From contig NJBI01000050.1 of assembly GCA_005222975.1 (NCBI GenBank), positions 1 to 25,743 on the forward strand: 25,743 nucleotides of DNA, read 5' to 3'. The notes under the pieces are model-generated. The model was not told the origin of the DNA and ran no database searches. It worked only from the letters and a program-made list of their open reading frames with translations. How positions within the stretch are numbered: position 1 is the stretch's first letter; each line of letters starts with the position of its first letter. Positions 9,623 to 18,673 of this stretch are shown piece by piece. This DNA comes from Promethearchaeota archaeon Loki_b31 (lineage in GTDB: Archaea; Asgardarchaeota; Lokiarchaeia; Sigyniarchaeales; SOKP01). The translations under genes and the position numbers were made by a program.

Positions 9623-9757
9623 TTAAAAGTATAAGGATAACGAAGATTCTGATGTAGGAAGACGACCTCCTGATCAAAAATTCTTTAAAATTGTCATTTA
9701 ATAGCTTTTTCTTTGTATGTTTTTGTTATTTAAATATAAAGAGGCGAAAATAAAAAT

Positions 9758-10414
9758 ATGAAAACTGATCGAAATGATATTTCTTGTTTTGAGGTGTCTC
9801 CCTATTTAGATTATGATGAAGACAATATTTTTCTAGAATGGTATTTAATTGAAGGCGAAGATCGAATTAAAGAACTGTCAAGGCAATTACGTACATTTTT
9901 GAACTATAAAAAATCTATAATATATTTAAGATTTTCAAGATCTCAAAGTTTCAATTACACTCAAAAAGAAGATTTAATTATTAAGAATGAAAGAGCACTC
10001 AACATCTTAACTTCACAGCTTATAACCCTATTAAAAATGATTGGCTCAGAAAATGATGCGATTTCAGAGAGAATTATTGAACTAATTACTAAAATAAAGT
10101 CCAATCCAACTGAACTTGAACTCGACCAATTTAAAGAGTTAAATTCGTTAAGTAATGAAGTATGGACTCTGCTTCACATCTTATCTGAACTCGAGATTCA
10201 CAACCATCCACGACTTATGAAAAGGATATTAGTAATTGCAAGTATTTGTTGTGAAATAAAAAGCGCCTTGTTTCCATTCTTTTCTGAATATTATCTAGAA
10301 TTGCAGAAGGATTATCTTCTTTTAGAAAAAGAAATTTCTGGTTTAATAAGGATAACCACCAACGATCCTGCTCCATCTATAAAAAAGAGAATTAAGGTGA
10401 GAGTTCTCGAATGA
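9758..10414 (+). CDS. Hypothetical alpha-helical protein, coupled to the downstream HNH protein
   Basis: 218-aa ORF whose TGA overlaps the next ATG (ATGA, 10411-10414). No recognisable motif. Confidence 0.7.
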   Translation: MKTDRNDISCFEVSPYLDYDEDNIFLEWYLIEGEDRIKELSRQLRTFLNYKKSIIYLRFSRSQSFNYTQKEDLIIKNERALNILTSQLITLLKMIGSENDAISERIIELITKIKSNPTELELDQFKELNSLSNEVWTLLHILSELEIHNHPRLMKRILVIASICCEIKSALFPFFSEYYLELQKDYLLLEKEISGLIRITTNDPAPSIKKRIKVRVLE

Positions 10415-13278
10415 ACTCCCAAATCGAAACCGTAAATAGGAAAGTCCTTCAAGAAGAGAGCATCGCAATATGTTCCCAATTTGGATGCAATTATATTAAA
10501 AAAATAAAACCATTAAAATTCAAAATCTTTGGGTTTCGAAAATATCCCAAATGCTCGAACCATCATATACCCTTAGTGTTCATTGATGAGTTTGTAGGTA
10601 AATTTATTACGGGGGTTAATGCTTGCTTATTTGATATTTCGAGCTTACCTCCTAAGCAATTATTAGATCAAATTAAACATTCCTCACCTGAAGAGATGAG
10701 TCTATTTGTAAACGCGTGGATGTATAGCAGTCCCATAGGAAGGGGAGCTGAAATCGTTTCGAAATATTTTGATGGATTATCTAGGGGATATATTAAAGCA
10801 TTAAGCAGAAAACAGAGATCAGCACTAAATTCTGAATCTACCAAGAAAAATCATTATAAGACACTCCGTCAAGGATTAAAAAAACTCGTTGATGATTATA
10901 CTCTTTTCCTAAGAGAACTTCGTGATAAGTCAGGAGCCTTTTATGAACCTGAGAAATTAATACAATTTTCAAGAACTGTCCAGAATATCATCGAAAATTG
11001 GATGAAAAACCAATTAAATACTATTCAAACTCAAACTAATAAAAAAAATAAAGAATCGGATGATGTGAATGACTTAATAGCTCTTAAAGAAAAATACGAT
11101 AAGATCCTAAATGCACGGACTTCTACTTTACTTTTAGGAATACCCCTTGATAAAAAATCAAAGAAAATATCCGCTTTTGAACTCTTTTCGGCTTATAATG
11201 AATTTTTTCACGCAAATTTGAGTAAAGAAGTAAAAAAAGAAGATGTAGAGCATTTGTTAGAGGAGTTTAACTATAATTATAAAGAAAACAGATTAGTTCA
11301 CAATGGATCTTTTGAGAATTTAATTGAGCAAAACAATGAGTTAAGGATAAAGCATATCATAAAAGATCAATTGGAATTATTATTTGATTCAATAAGTATT
11401 AAACTAAATCTAAAGAACACAATTATAACGAGAAGTCTGAAAATACTTGACGAATTCATCATTAGATTTCATACGAAAAAGGTCAAAATATCTGAAAAAA
11501 CAGACCTTAAAGCTGTTTCAGCAGCTATAATCTATGCTGTTTTAGTTTCAAATGAAAAAATGCCTAAAATTAATATTTCAGACATATCTAAGTTGCCTAA
11601 CTATACAATCTCAAAATATTACGGAAGATATTTTAAAGAGCTATATATGAATAAACAGTTTAACTTTCCACCTTATTATAATTTTCAAAGAATCAGGGAT
11701 TTAATTTCTTTTGATATTTTTGAAAAAATAATATTAGATAAGTCTGGTTCAAAAATTTCAAATTATGCTTTAGATTTACAGAAAAACTGTGATAAATTAC
11801 GACGTCTATTATCTAAAGAAGATCTTTTATTAATACAGGAGCTCTATAAAAACCATTTCGATAAATCTGTTAAATATTTTTCAGAATTAGCTGAAACCAT
11901 AAAATATCTCTATACCATTTCTATAATGTATAAAAAAATAAGAACAAATCTAATCATAAAACCTCTTGCAAAATACTTATTTAACAAAGAAATTACCATG
12001 TTCCAAGGTTTTAAAACATTTTATAATTCAATTATAGAGATATTTGATTTTCTTTATAAAAAATTTCCAGATATTCTTCCAAAACGATCAAAAACAGATA
12101 ATCATAACGAAAAACTTTATTCATCTCTAATTGGTAGTAGAATAAAGCTTTATCTCATTAAAAACCTTTATAACGGTAAATTTTTCAAGAGTGGAAAAGG
12201 AGAATGCCCAGAGTGTAAGAAAGAAGGATATAAAATAAATACAAATATTTCGAGATTAAAAGCATTGGAATTCCATCACACTACTGATGAAAAAGAGCAT
12301 AAATATTCTGCTACTGTTTTGTATGAATTGTTCAATGAAAATAGAGACAATCCTTTATTTTTAGAAAACCTAATCAAATCAATGGAATTAAAAAAAATCA
12401 CTCTTATATGTGCTAATCATCATGATATAGTTTCTTCTAAATATTATAATTTTTTCAGACATCTAATATCTTGGAAAGATTTACCAAATTATTTTCCTGA
12501 TAAAATACAATCTCTCTCTCCTGAATTAATTCATGCTCTTATAAAAATTTCAATTAATGCTTATCCAATTACTAAAAATCTAAATTCAAAACAAAAAGCA
12601 TACATAAAGCTTAGTATTATAAGTTTGTTAAAAAGAAAATATATTATTGAAACTCTATATGGTGAATCTTGCCAAATTTGTGGAGAATTTAACACAATTG
12701 AACATTTAGTATCATTTCATTTTAATCACATAGATGAAACAAAAAAGACCTTAGTAGCTTCTAATCTTTTTAAATCTGAAGAAATTACTTGTTCTGAGAT
12801 TGTCAGTAAACTTGATCAAGAACGTGGTGGATATTTATGTAATAATTGTCATACTGTTTTTCATAGGAGTAGTTATTATGATTTATTAGAACATGTCTAT
12901 ATTGATGAGAATGTTATGGAGAAAGTCTCTAAAGATCATATTCATGTGAAGCAAAATTTTAAACTTGTTTATAGTAGCGAATTGATTAAAGATCCATTTA
13001 AATTATCTAAGAGATTAAGTGGTAATTTTGAAAAATGTTTAATAGCTATTGATAAATTATCCAAAACGGGTGGAATTATAACTAACAGGATCTTAGCTAA
13101 TGCTCTTGGTGTTAAATCCCCTAAGATAGTAGCCCAATTTTTTGATAGAAATGAATATCTTAAACAATTTATAAGAATAAGTAGAGAGGATAGAATCACT
13201 GAGTATGAACTAACTAAAAAAGGTTTTAAAGCTCTATCATTGATGAATTATTTTAAGAAATATTATTCATCTCGGTGA
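10411..13278 (+). CDS. Multidomain putative nuclease: N-terminal Cys/His cluster, TFIIB/cyclin-like segment, two Zn-binding HNH-like domains, C-terminal winged helix
   Basis: Motifs in order: CSQFGC..CSNHH; AVSAAIIYAV..NISDISKLPNYTISKYY; CPEC..LEFHH..LICANHH; CQICG..FHFNH..LCNNCHTVFH; ITNRILANALGV..YELTKKG. Confidence 0.75.
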   Translation: MNSQIETVNRKVLQEESIAICSQFGCNYIKKIKPLKFKIFGFRKYPKCSNHHIPLVFIDEFVGKFITGVNACLFDISSLPPKQLLDQIKHSSPEEMSLFVNAWMYSSPIGRGAEIVSKYFDGLSRGYIKALSRKQRSALNSESTKKNHYKTLRQGLKKLVDDYTLFLRELRDKSGAFYEPEKLIQFSRTVQNIIENWMKNQLNTIQTQTNKKNKESDDVNDLIALKEKYDKILNARTSTLLLGIPLDKKSKKISAFELFSAYNEFFHANLSKEVKKEDVEHLLEEFNYNYKENRLVHNGSFENLIEQNNELRIKHIIKDQLELLFDSISIKLNLKNTIITRSLKILDEFIIRFHTKKVKISEKTDLKAVSAAIIYAVLVSNEKMPKINISDISKLPNYTISKYYGRYFKELYMNKQFNFPPYYNFQRIRDLISFDIFEKIILDKSGSKISNYALDLQKNCDKLRRLLSKEDLLLIQELYKNHFDKSVKYFSELAETIKYLYTISIMYKKIRTNLIIKPLAKYLFNKEITMFQGFKTFYNSIIEIFDFLYKKFPDILPKRSKTDNHNEKLYSSLIGSRIKLYLIKNLYNGKFFKSGKGECPECKKEGYKINTNISRLKALEFHHTTDEKEHKYSATVLYELFNENRDNPLFLENLIKSMELKKITLICANHHDIVSSKYYNFFRHLISWKDLPNYFPDKIQSLSPELIHALIKISINAYPITKNLNSKQKAYIKLSIISLLKRKYIIETLYGESCQICGEFNTIEHLVSFHFNHIDETKKTLVASNLFKSEEITCSEIVSKLDQERGGYLCNNCHTVFHRSSYYDLLEHVYIDENVMEKVSKDHIHVKQNFKLVYSSELIKDPFKLSKRLSGNFEKCLIAIDKLSKTGGIITNRILANALGVKSPKIVAQFFDRNEYLKQFIRISREDRITEYELTKKGFKALSLMNYFKKYYSSR

Positions 13279-13318
13279 ATTTTGATTAATATTTCTAATA
13301 ATTTGTAATAAGGGGAAA

Positions 13319-13326
13319 TTTTTAAT
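13319..13326 (+). promoter_or_regulatory. Possible archaeal TATA box, preceded by a purine-rich BRE-like run, for a leaderless chelatase-like transcript
   Basis: GGGGAAA followed by TTTTAATA ending about 27 nt upstream of ATG 13353. Weak evidence given the AT-rich background. Confidence 0.3.
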
Positions 13327-13352
13327 ACAAATGAAGTTTTTCTCAACTTGCC

Positions 13353-15595
13353 ATGGTAAAAAGGATTAATTTCCCATTTACAGCAATACTCGGTCAAGAT
13401 AAAATGAAAATGGCTCTCATTTTAAATGTTATTGACCCTCAAATTAGTGGAGTATTACTAACTGGGCAACAAGGAACTGGAAAATCGACTGCTGTGAGAA
13501 GTTTAGCTGAATTAATGCCTGAGATTGATGCGGTTAAAGGATGCGTATTTTCATGCGAACCAAGTTCAGAGATTGAAGATTTATGTGATGAATGTCGTAT
13601 TAAACACAAGAATGGAACTTTGGAAAAAATTAAAAGAAGTATGCCTATCGTTGATTTACCATTAGGAGTAACCGAAGATATGGTTTGCGGTTCACTGTCT
13701 ATTGATAAAGTACTTACAGAAGGAATCCGAAGTCTTCATCCAGGCTTACTCGCTAAAGCGAATCGAGGAATTTTATATGTCGATGAGATTAATTTATTAC
13801 AAGATCATATTGTTGATGTGCTTTTAGATTCCGCTGCTTCTGGAGTTAACATCATAGAACGTGAAGGAATTTCAGTTGCTCATCCATCTCGATTTGTATT
13901 AGTCGGAAGCATGAACCCCGAAGATCCTACTTTCATGTCGAATTAGGATTCGGAAAGGGAGAGCTCCGACCGCAGATAGCCGATCGTCTTGGATTAGAAG
14001 TTAAGATAAAAGCACCTAGAGATAGCAAGTTGCGAGCAGAGATTACAAAAAGTGTTATTGATTTTAACGATAACCCAAAGGATTTTATTGAGAAATACAA
14101 GCAAAAACAAGAAGATTTAAAAAAGAAAATCGTGAATGCTCGTCAAATTATAAAGGAAGTCCAAATTCCCTCAACTGTTTACGAATTCATATCAAGATTA
14201 GTTAGCGAATTGGATATTTTTTCACAAAGAGCAGATATCACGTTTATAAGATGCGCGAGAACTCACGCTGCACTCAATGGTCGAAAAGAAGTTATTGAAG
14301 AAGACTTAAATGCGGCTATGGAATTAGTGTTTGAGCATAGAATTCGATCGCTCCATTACGAGATGACTCCTGAAGAAGTTAAGGCGAAAATATTTGAAGT
14401 TTACGGAAAGATACAAAAAGCTTACGAGGATCCAAATATTTATCAACCAAATAGAGAAACTGAAGGACCGTTAAAGCACGACGACACCCCTCAAAAGGAA
14501 TTCAAAAGACAATCTGTTGATCCAAGAAAAATTGACATTCCAGAGTCAAAAGAACAAAAACTTCCACCCCCTAAATACCCTGATAATAAAAAAAGAAACC
14601 CAACACCTGGTGGAGGATGGAAGGTAAAAGATATTCCTGAATCTGACGAGCGAGATTTCATTTTTTTTGAAAACGGATTAGGTTCGATGCCATTAATTTA
14701 CAACATGGAAAGAAAAATGACTTCAATACTAGATAATATTCGAAAAGATCGAAAAATATCTGATTACGGAGGTAGAGGAATTGGGCGGCGCATAAAAATA
14801 GCTTCTTCTCAAAAGGGAAGGTATGTTTCATATCGACAGCCTATTAATCGACCTAAAAGTATAGCTCTTGATGCAACAATAAGGACTTATTTGAAAAATA
14901 CTATATATAATCAAACGGAAGTAGACTTTCCAATAAAATTTGATAAATACGATTTAATGGATAAAGTGTACGAATATCGCGCGCCATTAGTTTTATTTTT
15001 TGTACTCGACAGTTCCGCTTCGATGTATTACGTAATTAAACAAATGAAAGATGTAATTCTATCGTTACAACGAGAAGGATACCGGAAAAAGGATAAAATA
15101 AGCCTCATCATCTTTAGAGGAAAAGAAGCCGTCGTTCTTCAGAAACCTACCGTTTACTTTAAAACTGCTGTAAATAAAATGAAAAAGATTGAAGGAAAGT
15201 CTTACACGCCTATGGCAGCAGCGTTGACAAAATGTCTAAAGCTTATAAACGCTGAAAAGTTAAAGAATAGAAATATGATTCCCGTTATTTTTGTCTGTTC
15301 GGACTGCGGAGCTAACATTTCCTATAAATTTCCTGATTTAATTGCGCAAGTTCAAACAGACTACACATTAATTGTAAACGAATTAAAAGCATTAACAAAG
15401 AACTTATCCAAAAAAGGAGCACATATGGTCGTTTTAGAGCCGAAGAAGTCATATGCGACTAGATCCTTGGGCGTAAATACGTTTGCTGCGGATAATATTA
15501 AAAAGAACTTTAAAGAATACGGAAAAGCAGAGATATTTCAATTTGATGGCTATGACACTAAAAACTTAATTTTAGAACTTAAGAAAATCCTTTAA
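13353..15595 (+). CDS. ChlI/ChlD (Mg/Co-chelatase subunit D-like) AAA+ ATPase with Pro-rich linker and vWA domain; join(13353..13923,13956..15595), 736 aa after removal of a 32-nt insertion
   Basis: FPFTAILGQ, Walker A GQQGTGKS, PGLLAKANRGILYVDEINLL, reconstructed GSMNPEEGELRPQIADRLGL, SQRADI, and vWA MIDAS DSSAS..T..SD. Exon 2 is open from 13956 and in frame with track ORF 14030..15595. Confidence 0.88.
13924..13955 (+). other. Candidate archaeal bulge-helix-bulge (BHB-like) mRNA intron, 32 nt
   Basis: Sequence ATCCTACTTTCATGTCGAATTAGGATTCGGAA. Central helix CCGA(13918-21)/TCGG(13950-53), bulges AGA(13922-24) and AAA(13954-56), inner stem (A)TCCTA/TAGGA(T), outer pairs CC/GG. Cuts after the 2nd nt of each bulge give GAA-GAG-GGA (E-E-G) in frame. 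Confidence 0.8.
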
Positions 15596-15639
15596 GTTCA
15601 TAATTAAGTTCTTAAAGTTCTTATTTTATTATTTTATTA

Positions 15640-16878
15640 ATGTATAACAAAGTTTTAGTAGCGGGTTTTAACACACGTCCCCTAGCTTATTCGTTATATA
15701 AAGCAGGTTACGAAGTGTATGCTGTAGATTTTTTTGGTGACTTAGATCTTTATCCGTGCGTTAAAGATTATTTAATTCTTACCAAAATCTTAAGCGCTAA
15801 CTACGAAATTATAAAAAATAATTATAGCGAATACCTTCCGAACCTTATATTGGAACTTTTAGCTAAACATCCTGAAACTAATTATCTAATTATTGGAAGC
15901 GGTCTAGACGATGCTTTTAAAGAAAGAGTACTTATTTTAAATGAGATAAATCGAAAAAATTACAAAATCATTAATCTTAATAATAGTTTAGACGCAATTA
16001 AAAAGAGCCGTAACATAGATTATATTTTCAATTTTTTGAAAAATTTAGGATACAAGGTGCCTTCATCAACTTCATATGATAAAGTCAAATCTAAAATAAA
16101 CCAATTAAGTTATCCTTTTATTTTTAAAAAAGTAAGCGGTTCTGGTGGAATTAACGTATATAAAATAAAAAATAGAGATAAATTTTCGTTTATTCTTAAT
16201 GTAATTAGAACTCAAGACCTTAATCCTATAGATTGGTTAATTCAAGAATATATTGAAGGGTTACCAGTAAGTTGTACAACAATATCTAATGGAATCGAAA
16301 GTAGAGTAATATCTATTAATCGTCAAATGGTTGGAGAAAAATTCCTCAACGCCCCAAAAGAATTTATGTACTGCGGGAATATAGTGCCTGCCAATATTTT
16401 TAAAGAAGATAAAAAGCTAATAGCTGAGATTTCGTTAAAATTATCAAACGAGTTGGGATTAAGAGGAATCAATGGATTTGATTTTGTATTAAAAAATCAT
16501 TATCCCTATTTAATGGAGATTAATCCCAGAATACCGGGGTCAATCAGAGTATCTGAAGAGGCAATGAACTTAAATTTATTAGATTTACATGTAAAGAGTT
16601 TTAACCTCGAAGGATGGGAATATGTTAAAGAGACATTGAAGGGATCAAAAATGGAAAATTTCGCAACTAAGATGATTTTCTTTGCTCCAAAAGAAATTGA
16701 TATGCGTTTATTAAAAAAAATTAACGATCTTAAATATATACACGATAAATCAGAACCTATTAAAAATATCTCCAAAAAAGAACCTTTATGCACAATTCTA
16801 TTTAAAGCTAAAACTTTTTCTGATTCGTATTTTGGAAGTCTAAAAGTAGCTGATGAAATTAAAAAGATTATTAAATAA
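15640..16878 (+). CDS. ATP-grasp carboxylate-amine ligase family protein (COG2232-like, substrate unknown)
   Basis: N-terminal GFNTRPLA..AVDFFGDLDL, then FKKVSGSGG, IQEYIEG, YCGN, GINGFDF and MEINPRIPGS. Confidence 0.85.
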   Translation: MYNKVLVAGFNTRPLAYSLYKAGYEVYAVDFFGDLDLYPCVKDYLILTKILSANYEIIKNNYSEYLPNLILELLAKHPETNYLIIGSGLDDAFKERVLILNEINRKNYKIINLNNSLDAIKKSRNIDYIFNFLKNLGYKVPSSTSYDKVKSKINQLSYPFIFKKVSGSGGINVYKIKNRDKFSFILNVIRTQDLNPIDWLIQEYIEGLPVSCTTISNGIESRVISINRQMVGEKFLNAPKEFMYCGNIVPANIFKEDKKLIAEISLKLSNELGLRGINGFDFVLKNHYPYLMEINPRIPGSIRVSEEAMNLNLLDLHVKSFNLEGWEYVKETLKGSKMENFATKMIFFAPKEIDMRLLKKINDLKYIHDKSEPIKNISKKEPLCTILFKAKTFSDSYFGSLKVADEIKKIIK

Positions 16879-16888
16879 TTATAAGAAT

Positions 16889-17623
16889 TTATTTGATAAT
16901 TGATTTAATCTTAGCAATATAAGAGCCTAATTTTCTCTCGTCTGCTTCTGGAACTGCGATTGCGAGTATCCTACTCTCATCTAATTCGTGGATAATTATT
17001 GAACCGTTATCTCCCCCTATAATCGAGAATTCTAATCCTTCTTCCAAAAGAATCCCTGCTAAATTGAAAATAGCCGAAGTCATCGCTGAAAGTATAGGCT
17101 CTGGCATAGTAGCTTGAACTTTAATTGGCAAACCATCTTTAGTAATTATCGCGATAACTAATGCGTTTGGAATTGCTCTCTTAATGGCTACGAACACTTC
17201 TTCTTTAATAAGATCGCTAGTTTCTACGAATGCAGAAATTTGTATCGCAAATTTCCTCAAGGAAGTTATATAAGAATCCAAACCCTCAAGTTCAGCTATT
17301 TCTCTATTTAGGTAAGCGATAAGAGCGATATTTTCAGTTAAAATTGATAAAATTATTCTTTTTTTTCCTGTGATCAAATTGTACGAGATTTTCTGGTTTA
17401 GTGAGTCGTTTAATATTTTAGAAGATATAAAAACTAAGCTACTACTCGCAGCAGAAATCTCAGAATTTGTCATTGTAATATCTTTTTTTAGTTTACTCGC
17501 TATGAAGGTCCCGCCATGGGTGGAAATTGAAATACCTAGAATGCTTTTACTGTTATTAATTTCTTTTTCTAATAATTCAGATAGTTCAATGTTTAGTTTT
17601 TTTATATTCTCATCAGAAGTCAT
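16889..17623 (-). CDS. Tandem roadblock/LC7 domain protein
   Basis: Two ~120-aa units with the roadblock pattern: ILGISISTHGGTFIAS..EISAASSSL..LITGKKRIILS, and LVIAIITKDGLPI..ILSAMTSAIF..IIGGDNGSIIIH..ILAIAV. Confidence 0.8.
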   Translation of the reverse strand: MTSDENIKKLNIELSELLEKEINNSKSILGISISTHGGTFIASKLKKDITMTNSEISAASSSLVFISSKILNDSLNQKISYNLITGKKRIILSILTENIALIAYLNREIAELEGLDSYITSLRKFAIQISAFVETSDLIKEEVFVAIKRAIPNALVIAIITKDGLPIKVQATMPEPILSAMTSAIFNLAGILLEEGLEFSIIGGDNGSIIIHELDESRILAIAVPEADERKLGSYIAKIKSIIK

Positions 17624-17701
17624 GAAATTATAATAATAGTAATCAAATTTAAAGATATTCTTATATTTGTAAAAATAGGATAAAAAAAAACGCTTGATTT
17701 T

Positions 17702-18544
17702 ATGCCTTCTTCAATAAACACATATGTAATTATACTGGCAGCAGGTAAAGCAACGAGATTAAGACCTTTATCTAATACAATTCCTAAACCGCTAATTAAA
17801 ATCAATGGAATACCAATAATATCCCGTATTATTCACACATTTAAAGAAGCGGGATTTATTAACTTTATTATATTAGTCGGCTATAAACAACAAGCAATTA
17901 AAACGGAATTATTAAAAATTCATGATATCAAATTAGAGTTTATAGAGCAAACAAACCAGTTGGGGATGGCAGACGGTCTTTTATTATGTCTTAATCAATT
18001 TAGCGAAAAAAAAAGAAAGCAAGATTTATTCAATTTTTTTGTAACTGCCGCTGATGTTGTTTTTTCAAAACAAAAAATAAATCAGATGTTTTCTTTGTAT
18101 AAAAACGCTAATGCGGACATAATCCTAGGTTTAATGAAATCAAAAGATAAAAGAATTGCTAGCGGGCACGGAAATGTTAAGATTTCTAAAGATTCAAAAT
18201 TAATTAGAGATTCAGATATGAAGCACGGATTAAAGATTGATGATATTGTAGAGAAACCGGAAGAAAATCAAATCTTAAGTGAATATTATTCCCTCCCCTT
18301 CTATATATTTAATCAAAAAATTATATCTTATTTGGAAGAAGTTGATTTTTCTTTACGAGGAGAAAAAGAAATGCAAGATTCAATTAAAGCATCTATACAA
18401 AAGGGCGATATAGTAAGGGGTATAAATATAATTGACCACGATATAACAATAGAGAATATTGGAAGTTACCATTTAACATTCATAGATGATATTATCAAAA
18501 TGGACAAAAGATTTCGATATATTGAAATTGATAAGAAATTTTAA
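17702..18544 (+). CDS. Sugar-phosphate nucleotidyltransferase (RmlA/GlmU N-terminal-like)
   Basis: ILAAGKATRLRPLSNTIPKPL, EQTNQLGMADG, IVEKP and SLRGEKEMQD. No hexapeptide-repeat acetyltransferase tail. Confidence 0.9.
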   Translation: MPSSINTYVIILAAGKATRLRPLSNTIPKPLIKINGIPIISRIIHTFKEAGFINFIILVGYKQQAIKTELLKIHDIKLEFIEQTNQLGMADGLLLCLNQFSEKKRKQDLFNFFVTAADVVFSKQKINQMFSLYKNANADIILGLMKSKDKRIASGHGNVKISKDSKLIRDSDMKHGLKIDDIVEKPEENQILSEYYSLPFYIFNQKIISYLEEVDFSLRGEKEMQDSIKASIQKGDIVRGINIIDHDITIENIGSYHLTFIDDIIKMDKRFRYIEIDKKF

Positions 18545-18673
18545 TTGTTTTAATAAAAAAGGAATAAGAATTCCTCTTTTTTTTAAATGAAGATATCTAT
18601 ATTTAACTAAGAATTATAAAGAAATTCTTTTATTATTATTCATAAAATAGAGAATAAATTCTAGTATTTTAAG

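Noticed and set aside
13276-13290. Selenocysteine readthrough at the TGA ending the 955-aa ORF
   Set aside because: An in-frame TAA follows after three codons, and there is no redox motif context or convincing SECIS.
9623-13352. IS/transposon call for the HNH module
   Set aside because: No transposase or integrase motif, terminal inverted repeats or target-site duplication could be seen by eye.
13353-15595. Two separate genes (197 aa and 521 aa), a simple sequencing frameshift, or TAG readthrough (pyrrolysine)
   Set aside because: The break falls inside one conserved motif and needs a 32-nt deletion, not a 1-nt fix. Reading through TAG 13944-46 stays in the wrong frame for exon 2.
13353-15595. 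Evidence for chlorophyll synthesis (chlD/chlI)
   Set aside because: ChlI/ChlD-like AAA+/vWA proteins are widespread in non-phototrophic archaea. No ChlH/CobN or pigment genes are in the window, so no gene symbol was assigned.
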